Made by a program: the position numbers and the translations under genes. Below the pieces are notes generated by a model. That model was not told where the DNA came from, did no database searches, and was given only the letters and a program-made list of their open reading frames with translations. This document shows, piece by piece, positions 11,312 through 21,940 of a stretch of DNA of 64,000 bases. The stretch comes from Candidatus Marinacidobacterales bacterium (lineage in GTDB: Bacteria; Acidobacteriota; Vicinamibacteria; Marinacidobacterales; DATDRI01). Position 1 is the stretch's first letter; each line of letters starts with the position of its first letter. The DNA lies in assembly GCA_965219415.1 (NCBI GenBank), contig CBDCNP010000002.1, positions 3,488,001 to 3,552,000 on the forward strand, read 5' to 3'.

Positions 11312-12712
11312 GGTGATGTCTTAAGATTCCTGTCAAAGAAAAACGATGTATGGTTCCCCAAGCTCAAACCCGTCCCCGTCATGGGGACAGAAAAGGAGAA
11401 CCATACATCATGGGAAAGGTACTACCGAGTCAGCGATTGCTCAAGCAGTTCGAGGAACAACTGGTATTTGGGGAGATGAATCTCTCGGAGATCGTCCGGT
11501 CGGGAGCTCAGATGATGCTTCAATATGCGTTGGAGCGCGAGGTGACGGAGGCGTTGGGTCGAAACTACTATGAGAACGCTCCGGCAACGACGAAGGAGAA
11601 GGGACGACGCAACGGGTATGAGTCGCATCGGGTCCTCACGGGCGAGGGAGCGGTGACGGTGCAAGTGCCGCGGGTACGAGAAACAGAGAAGGTGTTTCAG
11701 TCAAAGATTCTCGACGCCTACGTGAGCCGGACCGAGAAACTCGATGAACTGATCGCGCGGATGTACGTCCACGGGATGTCGACGCGTGACATTGAGGCGA
11801 CGTTCGCGGACGTGCTGAGCGGCACGGGTGTCTCGAAGTCGGTGGTGAGCCGGGTCACACGGTGTCTGTCGGAGGATTTCGAGGCGTTTCGAAAAACGGG
11901 ATCTCTCGAACGAGAAGCTGTTGTATCTCGAGCTCGACGGCACGTACCTGCGCTACCACCAAGGAGCGGAGAGGAAAGAGCCCATCCTCGTTGCGACCGG
12001 CTATCGCGCTGATGGGACGCGAGTTCTTCTTCATATCGGTGTCGGCAACCGAGAATCCTACGAGAACTGGAAGGGGTTCTTGCAGGAGATAGTGGCCCGA
12101 GGAATGAGGGAGCCGTTGCTCATCGTGACGGACGGGAATCCTGGAGTGCTCAAAGCGATCGCAGAGGTCTTCCCTCGAAGCCTCAAGCAACGTTGCCAGA
12201 AGCACCGCCTCGAGAACATCCTGGGCAAGGCTCCGAAGGAAGTGCGCGACGAACTCAAGGCGGCCATCCTTGAGTCGTTCCATGCGAACAGCTACGAGCA
12301 AGGGCTGAAGAAGGGTCGGGAGGTGATCGCTCGGTACCGTCAACGATTCCCGAGCGCGATGAAGTGCATGGAAGAGACCCTCGAAGCATGTCTTCAGGCG
12401 CTACGCCTTCCTGCGGCGCATCACAAAAGGCTTCGCACGTCGAATCTACTTGAGCGCACGTTCGGAGAGCACAAACGTCGCACAAAGGTCATTCCTCACT
12501 TCTTCACCGAGGAGGCCGCGATGAAACTCTCGTTCGCTGTGCTCTTGGCCGCCGCAAACAAATGGCGCGGCGTGAGGATGGATGTCTTCGCCGCTAGGAA
12601 AGTCGAGGAGCTTCGCAACGAGCTTCTCCCGCAAGGCACGTCGGAGGAATCAGCAGCTTAACCGAGCGCGGGGAACCGTACGGAGATTTGACAGGAAAAT
12701 TAAGACTTGACC
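11312..12712 (+). mobile_element. IS256-family element, copy 1
   Basis: IRs GGTGATGTCTTAAGATTCCTGTCAAA / GGTCAAGTCTTAATTTTCCTGTCAAA; 8-bp TSD AAATAGAA. Confidence 0.95.
11410..12661 (+). pseudogene. IS256 transposase with +1 frameshift
   Basis: GAAAAAC at about 11891 versus GAAAAC in copy 2; split into 220-aa and 246-aa ORFs. Confidence 0.85.
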
Positions 12713-13000
12713 AAATAGAAGACGAGGGGGTCGTTGGCATCTCCCGCCACCGCAACGACACGTCCCCCGCGGTACGGTCCCACGAACCGCCACTCGAGGG
12801 CCGAAAGAAAGCTGGTATCCGCGCTCGGATACTCAGTGGGGACGACTAGGCCCATTCCCTCGCCAGCACTAGAGTCATCGGGGAATCCAAACAAGACAAG
12901 GAGGGCAACAACCGTAGTGGAGAACATCCTTAAGCCGACTCGGGTGACACGGTAAATCGCATTCATCGCCATCTCCATTCGCCAGTGTATAGAAGCCAGG

Positions 13001-13166
13001 GGTGCTTCCGCCATTAAGTGTTGGTGAGATGACGCTAATACCTTACGCTGCATTAACTTACAGTCAAAATAGCGCTCGCAACCTTCGCTGCGCGCTAAAT
13101 GGAGCGTAAGCGCCTCTTTTGCAAAGGGATGCGCACACATCACCAACAGTAAATAGCGCAAGCACC
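13001..13166 (+). mobile_element. IS1-derived MITE type 1
   Basis: Same ends and interior as 8240-8405. Confidence 0.85.
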
Positions 13167-13203
13167 CACGACGGTGCCGAGTCGTCGCTGTCTCGGTGCA
13201 GTG

Positions 13204-13704
13204 TCAGCTGATTGCCTCCGCGGCAAGAACAAAGGCTTCCTGAATGGCTTTACCGGCGGCACCGTGGTCCTCCATCACTACGTCGAGGAACTCGCTAAAG
13301 CCGTCAGGATCTAAATCCAGTCCATTGTGCAAGGCCAGAAAGCCCAGCGTGAGGCGACTATTAACGTGCTTGGGACCTTGCCCCTCTGCCAGCGTCACAT
13401 CATCTCTGTCTTCGGCCAGTTCGTTCAACCCTCTCTCGATCACTTCTTCATCAACGTGGAAGGCTACTTGGTTCCTCATTCGTCGATACTCTTTGTTCTC
13501 CAATCGTCGTTCTAGGTCGCACAGTGTGATCCACGGACCGCTCTCGGGGTCGAGTCGGTTACACCTTTCGAGCGCGCTACGAAGATGCTGAATCGCATGA
13601 GCCAACTCACGGAGCGTCCCAACCGTGAACCACAGTAGGGTGTTGAGATCCCGTGTGTAAACCACAGAGTTGGGTCCGTGGTGCTGCTCGCTCGTGTTGT
13701 ACAT
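13204..13704 (-). CDS. Hypothetical protein, HEPN-like (AbiU2-like)
   Basis: Helical; RNQVAFH resembles the Rx4-6H motif; start uncertain. Confidence 0.45.
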   Translation of the reverse strand: MYNTSEQHHGPNSVVYTRDLNTLLWFTVGTLRELAHAIQHLRSALERCNRLDPESGPWITLCDLERRLENKEYRRMRNQVAFHVDEEVIERGLNELAEDRDDVTLAEGQGPKHVNSRLTLGFLALHNGLDLDPDGFSEFLDVVMEDHGAAGKAIQEAFVLAAEAIS

Positions 13705-14008
13705 TGTCAGAATCGTCGTGCTCGTAAAGCGCTCGCCGACGAAGCCGCCGCGTGCTCCGATTCCAGGGATGCCGCAACTAATTTTGTGGAGAAAGAACGG
13801 CGCACCCCTCCGTCACTGTGACGGTATCAGATCAAGCGGTGACCTCGCTTGAACTGAGAACGGCGAGGTTTCGATAGCCGTCGATATGGCGCAGTCGGAC
13901 CTCAACTGCGCGTCCGCTTCCGTGGGCACGTTTGGCGTTCGTGGACCGCTGAAGACAGCAGTGGGCTTACTTTAGCAAATGCCCCGCAGGATCCTGGCAG
14001 GATTCCCA

Positions 14009-14174
14009 GGTGCTTCCGCTGTTTACTGTTGGTGATGTGTACGCATCCCTTTGCAAAAGGGGCACTTACGCTCCATTTAGCGCGCGGCGAAGGTCACAAG
14101 CGCTATTTTGACTGTAACTTAATGCACCGTAAAGTCTTAGCGTCATCTCACCAACACTTGATGGCGGAAGCACC
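14009..14174 (-). mobile_element. IS1-derived MITE type 1 (inverted)
   Basis: Reverse complement of 8240-8405. Confidence 0.85.
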
Positions 14175-14426
14175 GCACAGGACGGGGTTCTTGAGCAGAA
14201 TATCGAGTCGCCCACCAGAGCTTACGGCGCACTCCTTCGTCTATCGCCTCTGGCCAGATTCAACTACGGCGCATCGACGGCTACCAAGGTCTGAGCGAGG
14301 TTCTCGCACACGCGGAGGTTGCCGCCTGATCTGATACCCTGATGACGGAGTGGAGGGCACCGTTCTTTTTCCACGAACATCGGGACACATCCTGGTCCAC
14401 TTGACGGGGAAGCTTATAATAGCGGC

Positions 14427-15446
14427 ATGGCCACCGCAGAGCAACGCTCCGAGCAACTAGAGGCCGTTGGCCAGAAGCTCATGGAACTCGTCGCGCTGGA
14501 CCCAAGAGCACTCGCCAGGACAACCGACCTCTCTCCTGACATCAACTTCAAGGCGGCAGTGCCGCACTTCGAGGAGATGCTCGACGTTTGCAAGCAGTTG
14601 AGCGAAAGAGACCTGTCACGGCTGACTCACGAGCGGCTCAGCGCGATTTTCAGTGCCTGCGACCAATTGTCGAATCTGATCAAGCAAGTCCAGGAGTTCA
14701 CGCTCAACCAAAACACTCCTGGGGATGTGTGCAAGAACATCGTGGCGTCGGTAGCTGATTCGTACGACGCAGTCATGGATCCCCTGTTGCTCCCCTTGGC
14801 CTTTACGGCTACCCAGGCGACGGACTACGCCAAGATTGAGCGCGAAGCGAAGGGCTATCACGCAACCATGCAGAAGGAGGCGGAAGCACTATCGAGTTTC
14901 ATTGGCAACGCACGGACAGAGGCCGAACGAGCGCTGGCAGCAGTCAAGGAGCAGGCAGCGGAGGCGGGTGTGTCTACCAACGCTCAGATCTTTGTGGGTG
15001 TTGCCAAACAGCATCAAGCCGCGTCGGGCATATGGCTGAGGGCCACCATCATCATGGCTGTCGCCACCTTCCTCGCCGCCGTGGCAGCCCTGATCACTGC
15101 GTTCCTCTACCAGCCACCAGACACGGCTGCCACGATTCAATATGTTGTCGCCAAGTTGCTAGTGATCTCGACGCTGTCGTTCGGAGTGCTGTGGTGCGCT
15201 AGAAACTACCGCGCGGAAAGACACAATGAAACGTTGAATAAGCATCGGGCCAATGCCCTGATGACGTTCAGGGCCTTCGTCGAAGGGACGGCGGACAATC
15301 GCGTCAAGGACGCCATCTTGCTGCAGGCAGCACAGGCGGCGTTCTCAGGGCGCCCCACGGGGTTTGATTCACCTGAGAAGGATTCGCCGACCATCAATCC
15401 GGTCGTCGAGATCCTCGGCAAGTCGTTGTCGAAGTCCGGCGAGTAG
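14427..15446 (+). CDS. Hypothetical coiled-coil protein with two C-terminal TM helices
   Basis: Long helical N-terminal half; hydrophobic segments at about aa 202-257. Confidence 0.75.
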   Translation: MATAEQRSEQLEAVGQKLMELVALDPRALARTTDLSPDINFKAAVPHFEEMLDVCKQLSERDLSRLTHERLSAIFSACDQLSNLIKQVQEFTLNQNTPGDVCKNIVASVADSYDAVMDPLLLPLAFTATQATDYAKIEREAKGYHATMQKEAEALSSFIGNARTEAERALAAVKEQAAEAGVSTNAQIFVGVAKQHQAASGIWLRATIIMAVATFLAAVAALITAFLYQPPDTAATIQYVVAKLLVISTLSFGVLWCARNYRAERHNETLNKHRANALMTFRAFVEGTADNRVKDAILLQAAQAAFSGRPTGFDSPEKDSPTINPVVEILGKSLSKSGE

Positions 15447-15848
15447 GCGGAAACCTGACGGTGCTTCTCGTTCAGACGCGAACAGATCGTGCGACTCTAG
15501 GTAAAGCCATGGCCCGACACCGTACCTATCTCGAGACGATCAGGGGCTGGAGAGCCCGGATCAGCCGCGAGCCGACCATTTCCAATGAACTCGCTGCGGA
15601 GGAAGGCAGCAACGGCGGGCAGGACTAGATCGGCGTAAGCCTTGGCTTTTTGTGGCGCTCTTCTTATTCCACTACAACAGGCCGATTCTTGGATTGCCCA
15701 AAGACTTTCCGATAATTCGGGAGGCAGGTACACTCTCTTGCCCGCTCGCTGCCGAGGAAATCAATAATGTATTCGGTGCTTTCGACGGGGACGCGCATCC
15801 TCCCATCGCGAAGCGCTAGATACAGAGCGCCGATCGCAGAAGTGTCCC

Positions 15849-16016
15849 CGTCCTGTGCCAAAACTCGGCCCTTTTGAAATAAACCACAAATCAGCAGCTT
15901 AGACGCCCTTGGAATCCGCGCAGAATCCAGGGTATTTCGCGCCGCAGGGCTGACTTCCGACCCATGGGCTGGCGGATGAATAAATAGAAGGCACAGCCGA
16001 GTTTTGGCACAGGACG
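15849..16016. mobile_element. CGTCC-MITE short form (15849-15995) abutting an inverted left end
   Basis: CGTCCTGTGCC...GAAGGCACA followed by GCCGAGTTTTGGCACAGGACG. Confidence 0.8.
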
Positions 16017-17212
16017 GGATGCCCCGCCGCCGAGAGCGTCTTCTGAATTCTCCGCAGAAAATCGGGTGATTTCAGCATTTCGCTACTAAAGTGAGGATCG
16101 GAGGGGAGCACCAAGTCGCATACACGTCCATTTTTATCCAGTTTGTAGAGTATGACAGTGGCTTGTCTATCGGGAGCCTTTCCTTCGTGAGCTTCTCCTT
16201 TTGCTTGTGCCCCCCACCTCTCGGGGAACCGCCGCGCGAGCAGCCACATCGAAGCCTCCGCCTTCGGCGGGCTAAACTTCGACACGATCGTAGCGTACTT
16301 GACCTTCCCGTCTTTCAACTGGCCGTTTAGAATTTCGCCGCCCTTGTATTTCACCGTCTGCTGGATAATCTTGCTCTCCCCGAGGGCGCTCCGCTCGATG
16401 TTATCGAGGTGAACCAATTCGAAGTGTACCAGGGCCTTTCGGACGGACTCGTAAAATTCACGAAATAGGCTGCTCTCTACCTTCCCACGTGCGAGCCACC
16501 TGCAAAGTGTCTCTGGGGTTATGCCAGCGGACTGCGCTGCATCCTTATAGCTCATCCCTGCTCGAACGCACCCGAGGATCTTCTCTTGGCGCTCGGGGGT
16601 GAGTTTAGTTTTCCGCCCAGCCATGCTTGGGGGAATCTTAAAATTCACGGAATTGTCCGCTCTTGGCCTCTTTCCTGGCAATTGCGCAGTTTTATTCTCC
16701 CCCATTCGGCGCACACGTCCATTATCCGGTAGGAGCCAAATGACGGTGGGTTGTCTATCGCGAGCCTCTCCTTCGTGAGCTTCTCCTCTTGCTCGTGGCC
16801 CCCACCTATCGGGGAACCGCCGCGCGAGCAGCCACGCCGACCTCTTCCAGTTCCGCGGGCGAGACTTCGTCGCGGTCGTAGCGTACTTGACCTTCCCGTC
16901 TTTCAACTGGCCGTTTAGGATTTCGCCGACCTCGTATCTCAGCGTCTGCCGGGTGATCTTGCTCTCCCCGAGGGCGCTCCGCTCGATGTTCTTGAGGTGA
17001 ACCCATTCGAAGTCTGCCAGGGCCTCCTGGACGGACTCGTAAAATTCATGAAATAGGCCGCTCTCTACCTTCCCACGTGCGATCCACCTGCAAAGTGTCT
17101 CTAGGGCTATGCCAGCAGACTCCGCTGCCGCCTTATAGGTCATCCCTGCTCGAACGCACTTGAGGATCTTCTCTTGGCGCTCGGGGGTGAGTTTGGTTTT
17201 CCGCCCAGCCAT
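15899..17212 (-). CDS. Tandem-duplicated HTH protein resembling phage terminase small subunits; reads into the MITE at its 3' end
   Basis: Two repeats MAGRKTKLTPERQEKIL...AGI..ETLCRW...WLLARRFP.RWG; a degenerate third repeat lies at about 17230-17410. Confidence 0.6.
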   Translation of the reverse strand: MAGRKTKLTPERQEKILKCVRAGMTYKAAAESAGIALETLCRWIARGKVESGLFHEFYESVQEALADFEWVHLKNIERSALGESKITRQTLRYEVGEILNGQLKDGKVKYATTATKSRPRNWKRSAWLLARRFPDRWGPRARGEAHEGEARDRQPTVIWLLPDNGRVRRMGENKTAQLPGKRPRADNSVNFKIPPSMAGRKTKLTPERQEKILGCVRAGMSYKDAAQSAGITPETLCRWLARGKVESSLFREFYESVRKALVHFELVHLDNIERSALGESKIIQQTVKYKGGEILNGQLKDGKVKYATIVSKFSPPKAEASMWLLARRFPERWGAQAKGEAHEGKAPDRQATVILYKLDKNGRVCDLVLPSDPHFSSEMLKSPDFLRRIQKTLSAAGHPVLCQNSAVPSIYSSASPWVGSQPCGAKYPGFCADSKGV

Positions 17213-17446
17213 TATTGGAATTCTACCATTAGGTTTCGCTCTTGATAAAATGACGATATAGGCCACTCTTGGCCTGCTCCCCACGCGCGAAACAGGCGTA
17301 GAACTTGGCCTTATTGACGCCTGCGACGTCTGCGACCTACCCCCGGCATCCTTAGCCAGAACGCACTCCCGGATGGTTTTTTGGCGCTCGGGGGTCACTT
17401 TGTGTCCATTATTCTCTGTGAACTCCCTGTTTTTCACGGTTACCAG

Positions 17447-17820
17447 CCGAGACCGGATAGCTCCAAACTGCACTATCCGCCAACTAGTCTGGCCAATTGT
17501 GGCACTGCAGAGACGGGTGAGATTTTCCGCGCGGTTGGCGGGGTTTTGCAGGGGTAGGTGTCACTAGAGACGCGCTAGAAGGGCTGAACTGGCCTCATTT
17601 TCGGGATTCGTCTCTAATCTTGATTTTCGAGTGCCACGTTTGCGCCCAATAGGAGAACCGGCGCTGACCGGGCCGTGCGGCGGCGGAAGAGAGGCCGCCC
17701 GAAAGGCCCAGAATCGAGACCTGGGCTACCGCAGCGTAGCGGGCTAGCACGTTCTGGTCCAGGTGGGCCTGGACCTCCTTAGTGTCCTTACTTGCCTCGG
17801 ATTCGGCCTCAATCAGGGTC
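17447..17820. repeat. About 370-bp dispersed repeat, copy 1
   Basis: Aligns by eye with 46873-47247 (CCGAGACCGGATAGCTCC...GGCCTCAA). Confidence 0.8.
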
Positions 17821-17892
17821 CGGCAATGCTTGAGAGGGTACTCGCGCACCCTCCATCGTCAGCCAGCTCGGGAGCCCGAGCCCCCGCACCTC

Positions 17893-18577
17893 CTACGCGG
17901 CCTTGTAGGTGATCGCGAAGATCGTGTCCGTCAGCCACCGCCGGAACGACTCGTTGTCGCTGAACTGCTTGAACAACTCCGTGTCGTCCTGCAGCAGCGC
18001 CGTCATCACCCGCCGGAGCGCCTTGTCGTGCTCGATCCGCGCGTTCTGCTTGTCGGAGTTCTGCTTGGCGTTCTGGTAGGCGCGGTCGGCCGCCACGCGG
18101 TTCGGAATTTCTTCCGTGATGAGTCGGTGGATGCGGTCGCCGTCGGTCCAGGGGATGTTCCCGAACTGGTCGTTGAAGCTCTTGAGGATGTTCGAGAGGC
18201 GGTCGAGTTCGGGGTCCGGTCTGTGGCCGCCGCCGTTAGTCGGAAACGGCTGGATCTCAGCATCCTCGTCCGCCAGTTGGACGTGTATCACCGCCTTCTT
18301 CTCTACCCGGTAGCTGTCCATGTCGATGGACTCAAGGATGCCTTTAGACAGATCCTCTTCCACGGGCGCGGGGAGCTTCTGCACGAGGAAGTTCAGGAAG
18401 ATAGAGAGCTTCTCCCACTCGGCGTGCGTGTACGGCAGGATTGAAGCGAGGAAGCCGTACGCGCGCTCGAACGCCTTGGCCTTGCCCTTGAAGTCCACCT
18501 GCCCGTCCTCGTCGAGCCGCTCCTTGTAGACCGTGACGCAGGCGTCGAGGATTGGGTCGAGCTGGTCGCGGTCGGCC
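17893..18577 (-). pseudogene. hsdR: Type I restriction endonuclease R subunit, C-terminal fragment
   Basis: QVDFKGKAKAF, WEKLSIFLNFL, NARIEHDKAL, ELFKQFSDNESFRRWL; cut by the element A end at 18578. Confidence 0.8.
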
Positions 18578-19854
18578 TGTCCATCATCATTATTAATCCG
18601 AGACTGGACTCTAGGGCCCAGACCGCCCTCGAGCACATGCTGGTCAGCGCGCGAGGGAAGGTGCTGAGGACGAACTTCTCGGCGACCAGCCGAGTAACGC
18701 GAGCGACCAAGCTGACTCAGGCTGCCTCTCGCCACTCGTATCGATGGTGCAGTCCACCGACTCGCGGCAGTGCGACTACTTTCGCCGTAGGAGACGGTCG
18801 GTGCGTGACCGTTCTCAAGCTCGGTGTGTCCTTGTTCAGCCCCAAGTGGCAACGGTCCTCATGATAGTAGCTGATGTAAGCTCGCACGAGCCGGATGAGA
18901 TGACATGCACCGAGAACCACGACGCGCTCAAGGAGCTCGCGACGGCAGCTGCCGACCCACCGCTCCGCGGTTCCGTTTTGCCATGGGCTGCGAAACGAAG
19001 TGCGAACGGGTTTTGTGCCCGTTGCCTTGATGAACTCGATGACCGCAGCGTTAAAGATGAAGTCGCGATCGAAGATGAGATATTTCGGAGCGGTGTCGTA
19101 GGGAAACGCCTCGCGTAGTTGCTGAATAACCCAAGCAGACGTCGGGTGGAACGTGGCGTTGAAGTGAACGATGTGCCGGCGACCGTGCTCGATGACGAAG
19201 AAGCCGTACAGCAGCCGGAGCGAAGCGGTGGGCACGGTGAACAGATCCATGGCGGCGATATCGTCTTTATGGTTGCGCAAGAAAGCCATCCATCGTTTCA
19301 GCTGGTCGGGCTCCGCGGGACGCCGCGGCAGGTATCGCGACACCGTGCTCTCGGAGATGATGAAACCGAGCTTGGTGAGCTCAGCATGGATGCGTGGCGC
19401 CCCCCAGCCGTCTTGCGCCATCGTGCGGACGAGGCGACGAATCTCGGCATCAATCCGAGGCCGACCGGGATGGCAGCGCTGCGAGATCTTTGCCCAGTAC
19501 CGTCGGAATCGGTCGCGATGCCAACGGGCTACGGTGTCCGCGTGGACGATGAGCAGGCGGCTCGCCCACACGGGCCACGAACCTCGAAGGGCAACCCAGA
19601 AAGCCCGTTCCGTGTCGTCGAGCGGTGGGCGTGGGCGCTCTTTCTTCAGCGCCGTCACTTGCTGCCGCAAAGCGACGTTCTCCAACACCAGGTCGGCGCG
19701 GCGCCGACACATCGCCCGAATGGCACGGACGCCAAGTGAGACGAGGAAGACAACAACGTTGAGCATAGCGGCGGAGTTTCGCCGTCTTCGGCCCGGAATT
19801 CAAGCGGAGCGTAAGTCCTTGATTTCGTGGGCGGAGCAGTTTTGACGATGCACA
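18578..19854 (-). mobile_element. rve/IS481-like element A, full copy
   Basis: Ends TGTGCATCGTCAAAACT / TGTCCATCATCATTATT; no TSD. Confidence 0.9.
18717..19766 (-). CDS. rve integrase-core DDE transposase (349 aa)
   Basis: AMDLF, LIFDRD, WQNGTAERWV motifs. Confidence 0.9.
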   Translation of the reverse strand: MLNVVVFLVSLGVRAIRAMCRRRADLVLENVALRQQVTALKKERPRPPLDDTERAFWVALRGSWPVWASRLLIVHADTVARWHRDRFRRYWAKISQRCHPGRPRIDAEIRRLVRTMAQDGWGAPRIHAELTKLGFIISESTVSRYLPRRPAEPDQLKRWMAFLRNHKDDIAAMDLFTVPTASLRLLYGFFVIEHGRRHIVHFNATFHPTSAWVIQQLREAFPYDTAPKYLIFDRDFIFNAAVIEFIKATGTKPVRTSFRSPWQNGTAERWVGSCRRELLERVVVLGACHLIRLVRAYISYYHEDRCHLGLNKDTPSLRTVTHRPSPTAKVVALPRVGGLHHRYEWREAA

Positions 19855-20010
19855 GCCGAGTTTTGGCACAGGACGGGGACCGCAACCCGCTGACCCGGGT
19901 CTCGTGCTGGGCGCGCCGGCAGAGGTCGCGGCGCTCGTGTGCAGAAGCGCCTGCTTACAAGCTATTGGAATGGCGGGTCTTGAGTTCGTTCTTATTTTTG
20001 GACATGACGA

Positions 20011-20183
20011 GGCCGGTCTGACCACGCGACGGCTCCACCTTTCGAGACATCTTCTTGACGACAATGATTCCTTTGTGATCGCAGATCGAGGTTTTTCCTG
20101 CTCACTGGGGCCCGCAACCCGGTCTCTTCCGCACCTGTACCACTGCCCGCAGCCGCGTAGCAACATTTGATGACGGAAGCACC
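20011..20183 (+). mobile_element. IS1-family right-end fragment
   Basis: Matches 22970-23140. Confidence 0.8.
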
Positions 20184-20401
20184 AGTCCGGGCAGCAGTCC
20201 GACCCGCGCGGTCTATCGGGCCTTGCGCGGCGTCCAGCACGGGCAGGCTCATTTCGTCCGGCTCGTCGATCCGGAGGCGCTGCGGGTGGGGCCGTTGACA
20301 ACCGCGGGCACCGTTAGATATGATAAGGTTGCGGTTGGGAGGGCTGCCTCGGCGGTCCGTTGGACTTCTGGTTCACCCGGCTGCTTTTTTTTATTCGACT
20401 G

Positions 20402-21169
20402 ATGCATCTCCTCTACCTCGACGACGCCGGCTCCGTTGGCAACGCTAAAGAACAGTATCTGGTCCTTGGCGGAGTATCCGTGTTCGAGGCGCAATCACAC
20501 TGGATCACTCAGGAACTGGATAAACTGGTAGAAAACATCAATCCTGGGGATCCGCACAGTGTCGAACTTCACGCTTCCGAAACCTACGCCCGCCGAAGTG
20601 CGCCGTGGAAAGGCATGACCCAGAGTGAAGCACGCGGCACGATCAAAGCTGTCCTTCAGGTGCTCCTAAAGTCATATGTCACATCCCGCGCGTTTGCCTG
20701 CGTCGTCCATAAGGCCTCGTTTCCGAATCAGGACCCAATGGAGATCGCGTTCGAGGATCTCTGCCAAAGATTCGACTTCTTCTTAAAGCGTCTACGCGCA
20801 GGAGGCGACACACAGCGGGGTCTTGTGATACTTGATAAAAGCACCTATGAGACCACACTTCAGCAGATGGCGGTTAAGTTTCGAACTCTGGGCACCCAGT
20901 GGAACATCATTCAAAACCTAGCTGATACGCCACTCTTCGTTAATTCTAAGGCATCTCGTATGATCCAGCTCGCCGACCATGTCGCCTACGCCGTATTTCG
21001 ACGATACGAGTCCGGCGACACACAATACCTTGACATCATCGCCAGTAAGTTCGATGCGGAAGACGGAAGAGTTCACGGTTTAGTCCACAAAGAGCGCGAC
21101 AATTCAAACTGCATGTGTTTCGCTTGCTTCAGCCGGCGACACCCTAGTGTTGGAAACCAAGGGATGTGA
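20402..21169 (+). CDS. DUF3800 family protein
   Basis: LLYLDDAGS N-terminus, ELHAS, SRMIQLADHVAYA. Confidence 0.8.
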   Translation: MHLLYLDDAGSVGNAKEQYLVLGGVSVFEAQSHWITQELDKLVENINPGDPHSVELHASETYARRSAPWKGMTQSEARGTIKAVLQVLLKSYVTSRAFACVVHKASFPNQDPMEIAFEDLCQRFDFFLKRLRAGGDTQRGLVILDKSTYETTLQQMAVKFRTLGTQWNIIQNLADTPLFVNSKASRMIQLADHVAYAVFRRYESGDTQYLDIIASKFDAEDGRVHGLVHKERDNSNCMCFACFSRRHPSVGNQGM

Positions 21170-21940
21170 CCTTGTCCAGGAAAAGTGGGCAGGTTGATTA
21201 TCTCGCATGAGTAGTTTTGAGATCATGAATCCGTTCGAACACCATTGGGTTGTTGTAATCGAGTGAGGAGTGGAATCGATACGGATTGTAGAACCCATCG
21301 TGTCCAAAAATACGAACGGAGCCCGAAAGCTCGAATCCTAGAGGCGTTCTCGAAATTCGCAGAGACCAGCCGACGCGGCACTCTAGCTCTCATTGCCAAC
21401 CAAGCCTAGGCACCTGTGCCTTCCATTTATTCATCCGCGCACCCGTCGTGTCCAATAATACAAACGAACCCAAGACCGGTGCGCCGGGACGTTTCGGATT
21501 AGAGGTGTCTAGACTTGGTTGGCAATGGGGGCTAAAATCCGCGGTCATGAACACGCCGACCCGGCTATGCTCCGCAAAAAATCGATCCAGCGGTACGCAA
21601 TCTTCTGTCTTGCGGGTCACAAGTCTCCATCATTTATTAGTGACACTCGACGCGCTGCTTGAGTCCGATCTGCCCGGAACCGCTGCGGGACTTCGCACCA
21701 AGTTACACCTCTACCACTGAGTAGAGCCGACGCCGGCCCTCAGAACGTCCTTCATAAAGACGACCAAAGCATCCTGGTTGCAGGCAGTTGCCAATCTCAT
21801 GCAGCTCGAGTTTATGGAAGGGGCCACCCTTCCAAATCAAAGGGCTAGAGATCCCGGTGCCCGCTTTGAACCATATGCATCCAACAAGTCTACGCCGTTT
21901 CCCCGTCCTGTGCCAAAACTCGGCCCTTTAGAAATAGACC

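Larger units (their letters stand above)
8408..12978 (-). pseudogene. VPS10/sortilin-like BNR-repeat (glycosyl hydrolase-like) protein interrupted by IS256
   Basis: Many S/TxDGGxTW BNR repeats; N-terminus ...GPYRGGRVVAVAGDANDPLVFY (12713-12978) rejoins FGAAHGGVWKTTD once the IS and one TSD copy are removed. Confidence 0.88.

Noticed and set aside
11350-12661. Programmed frameshift in IS256
   Set aside because: Copy 2 is a single ORF and IS256 transposases are not known to need frameshifting.
17893-18852. 319-aa ORF as a complete gene
   Set aside because: The N-terminus is read from the element A right end; only 17893-18577 is hsdR-like.
19119-20301. Long antisense and alternate-frame ORFs over element A (also at 37252-38542 and 59889-61788)
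   Set aside because: Shadow ORFs of GC-rich transposase genes with no independent motifs.
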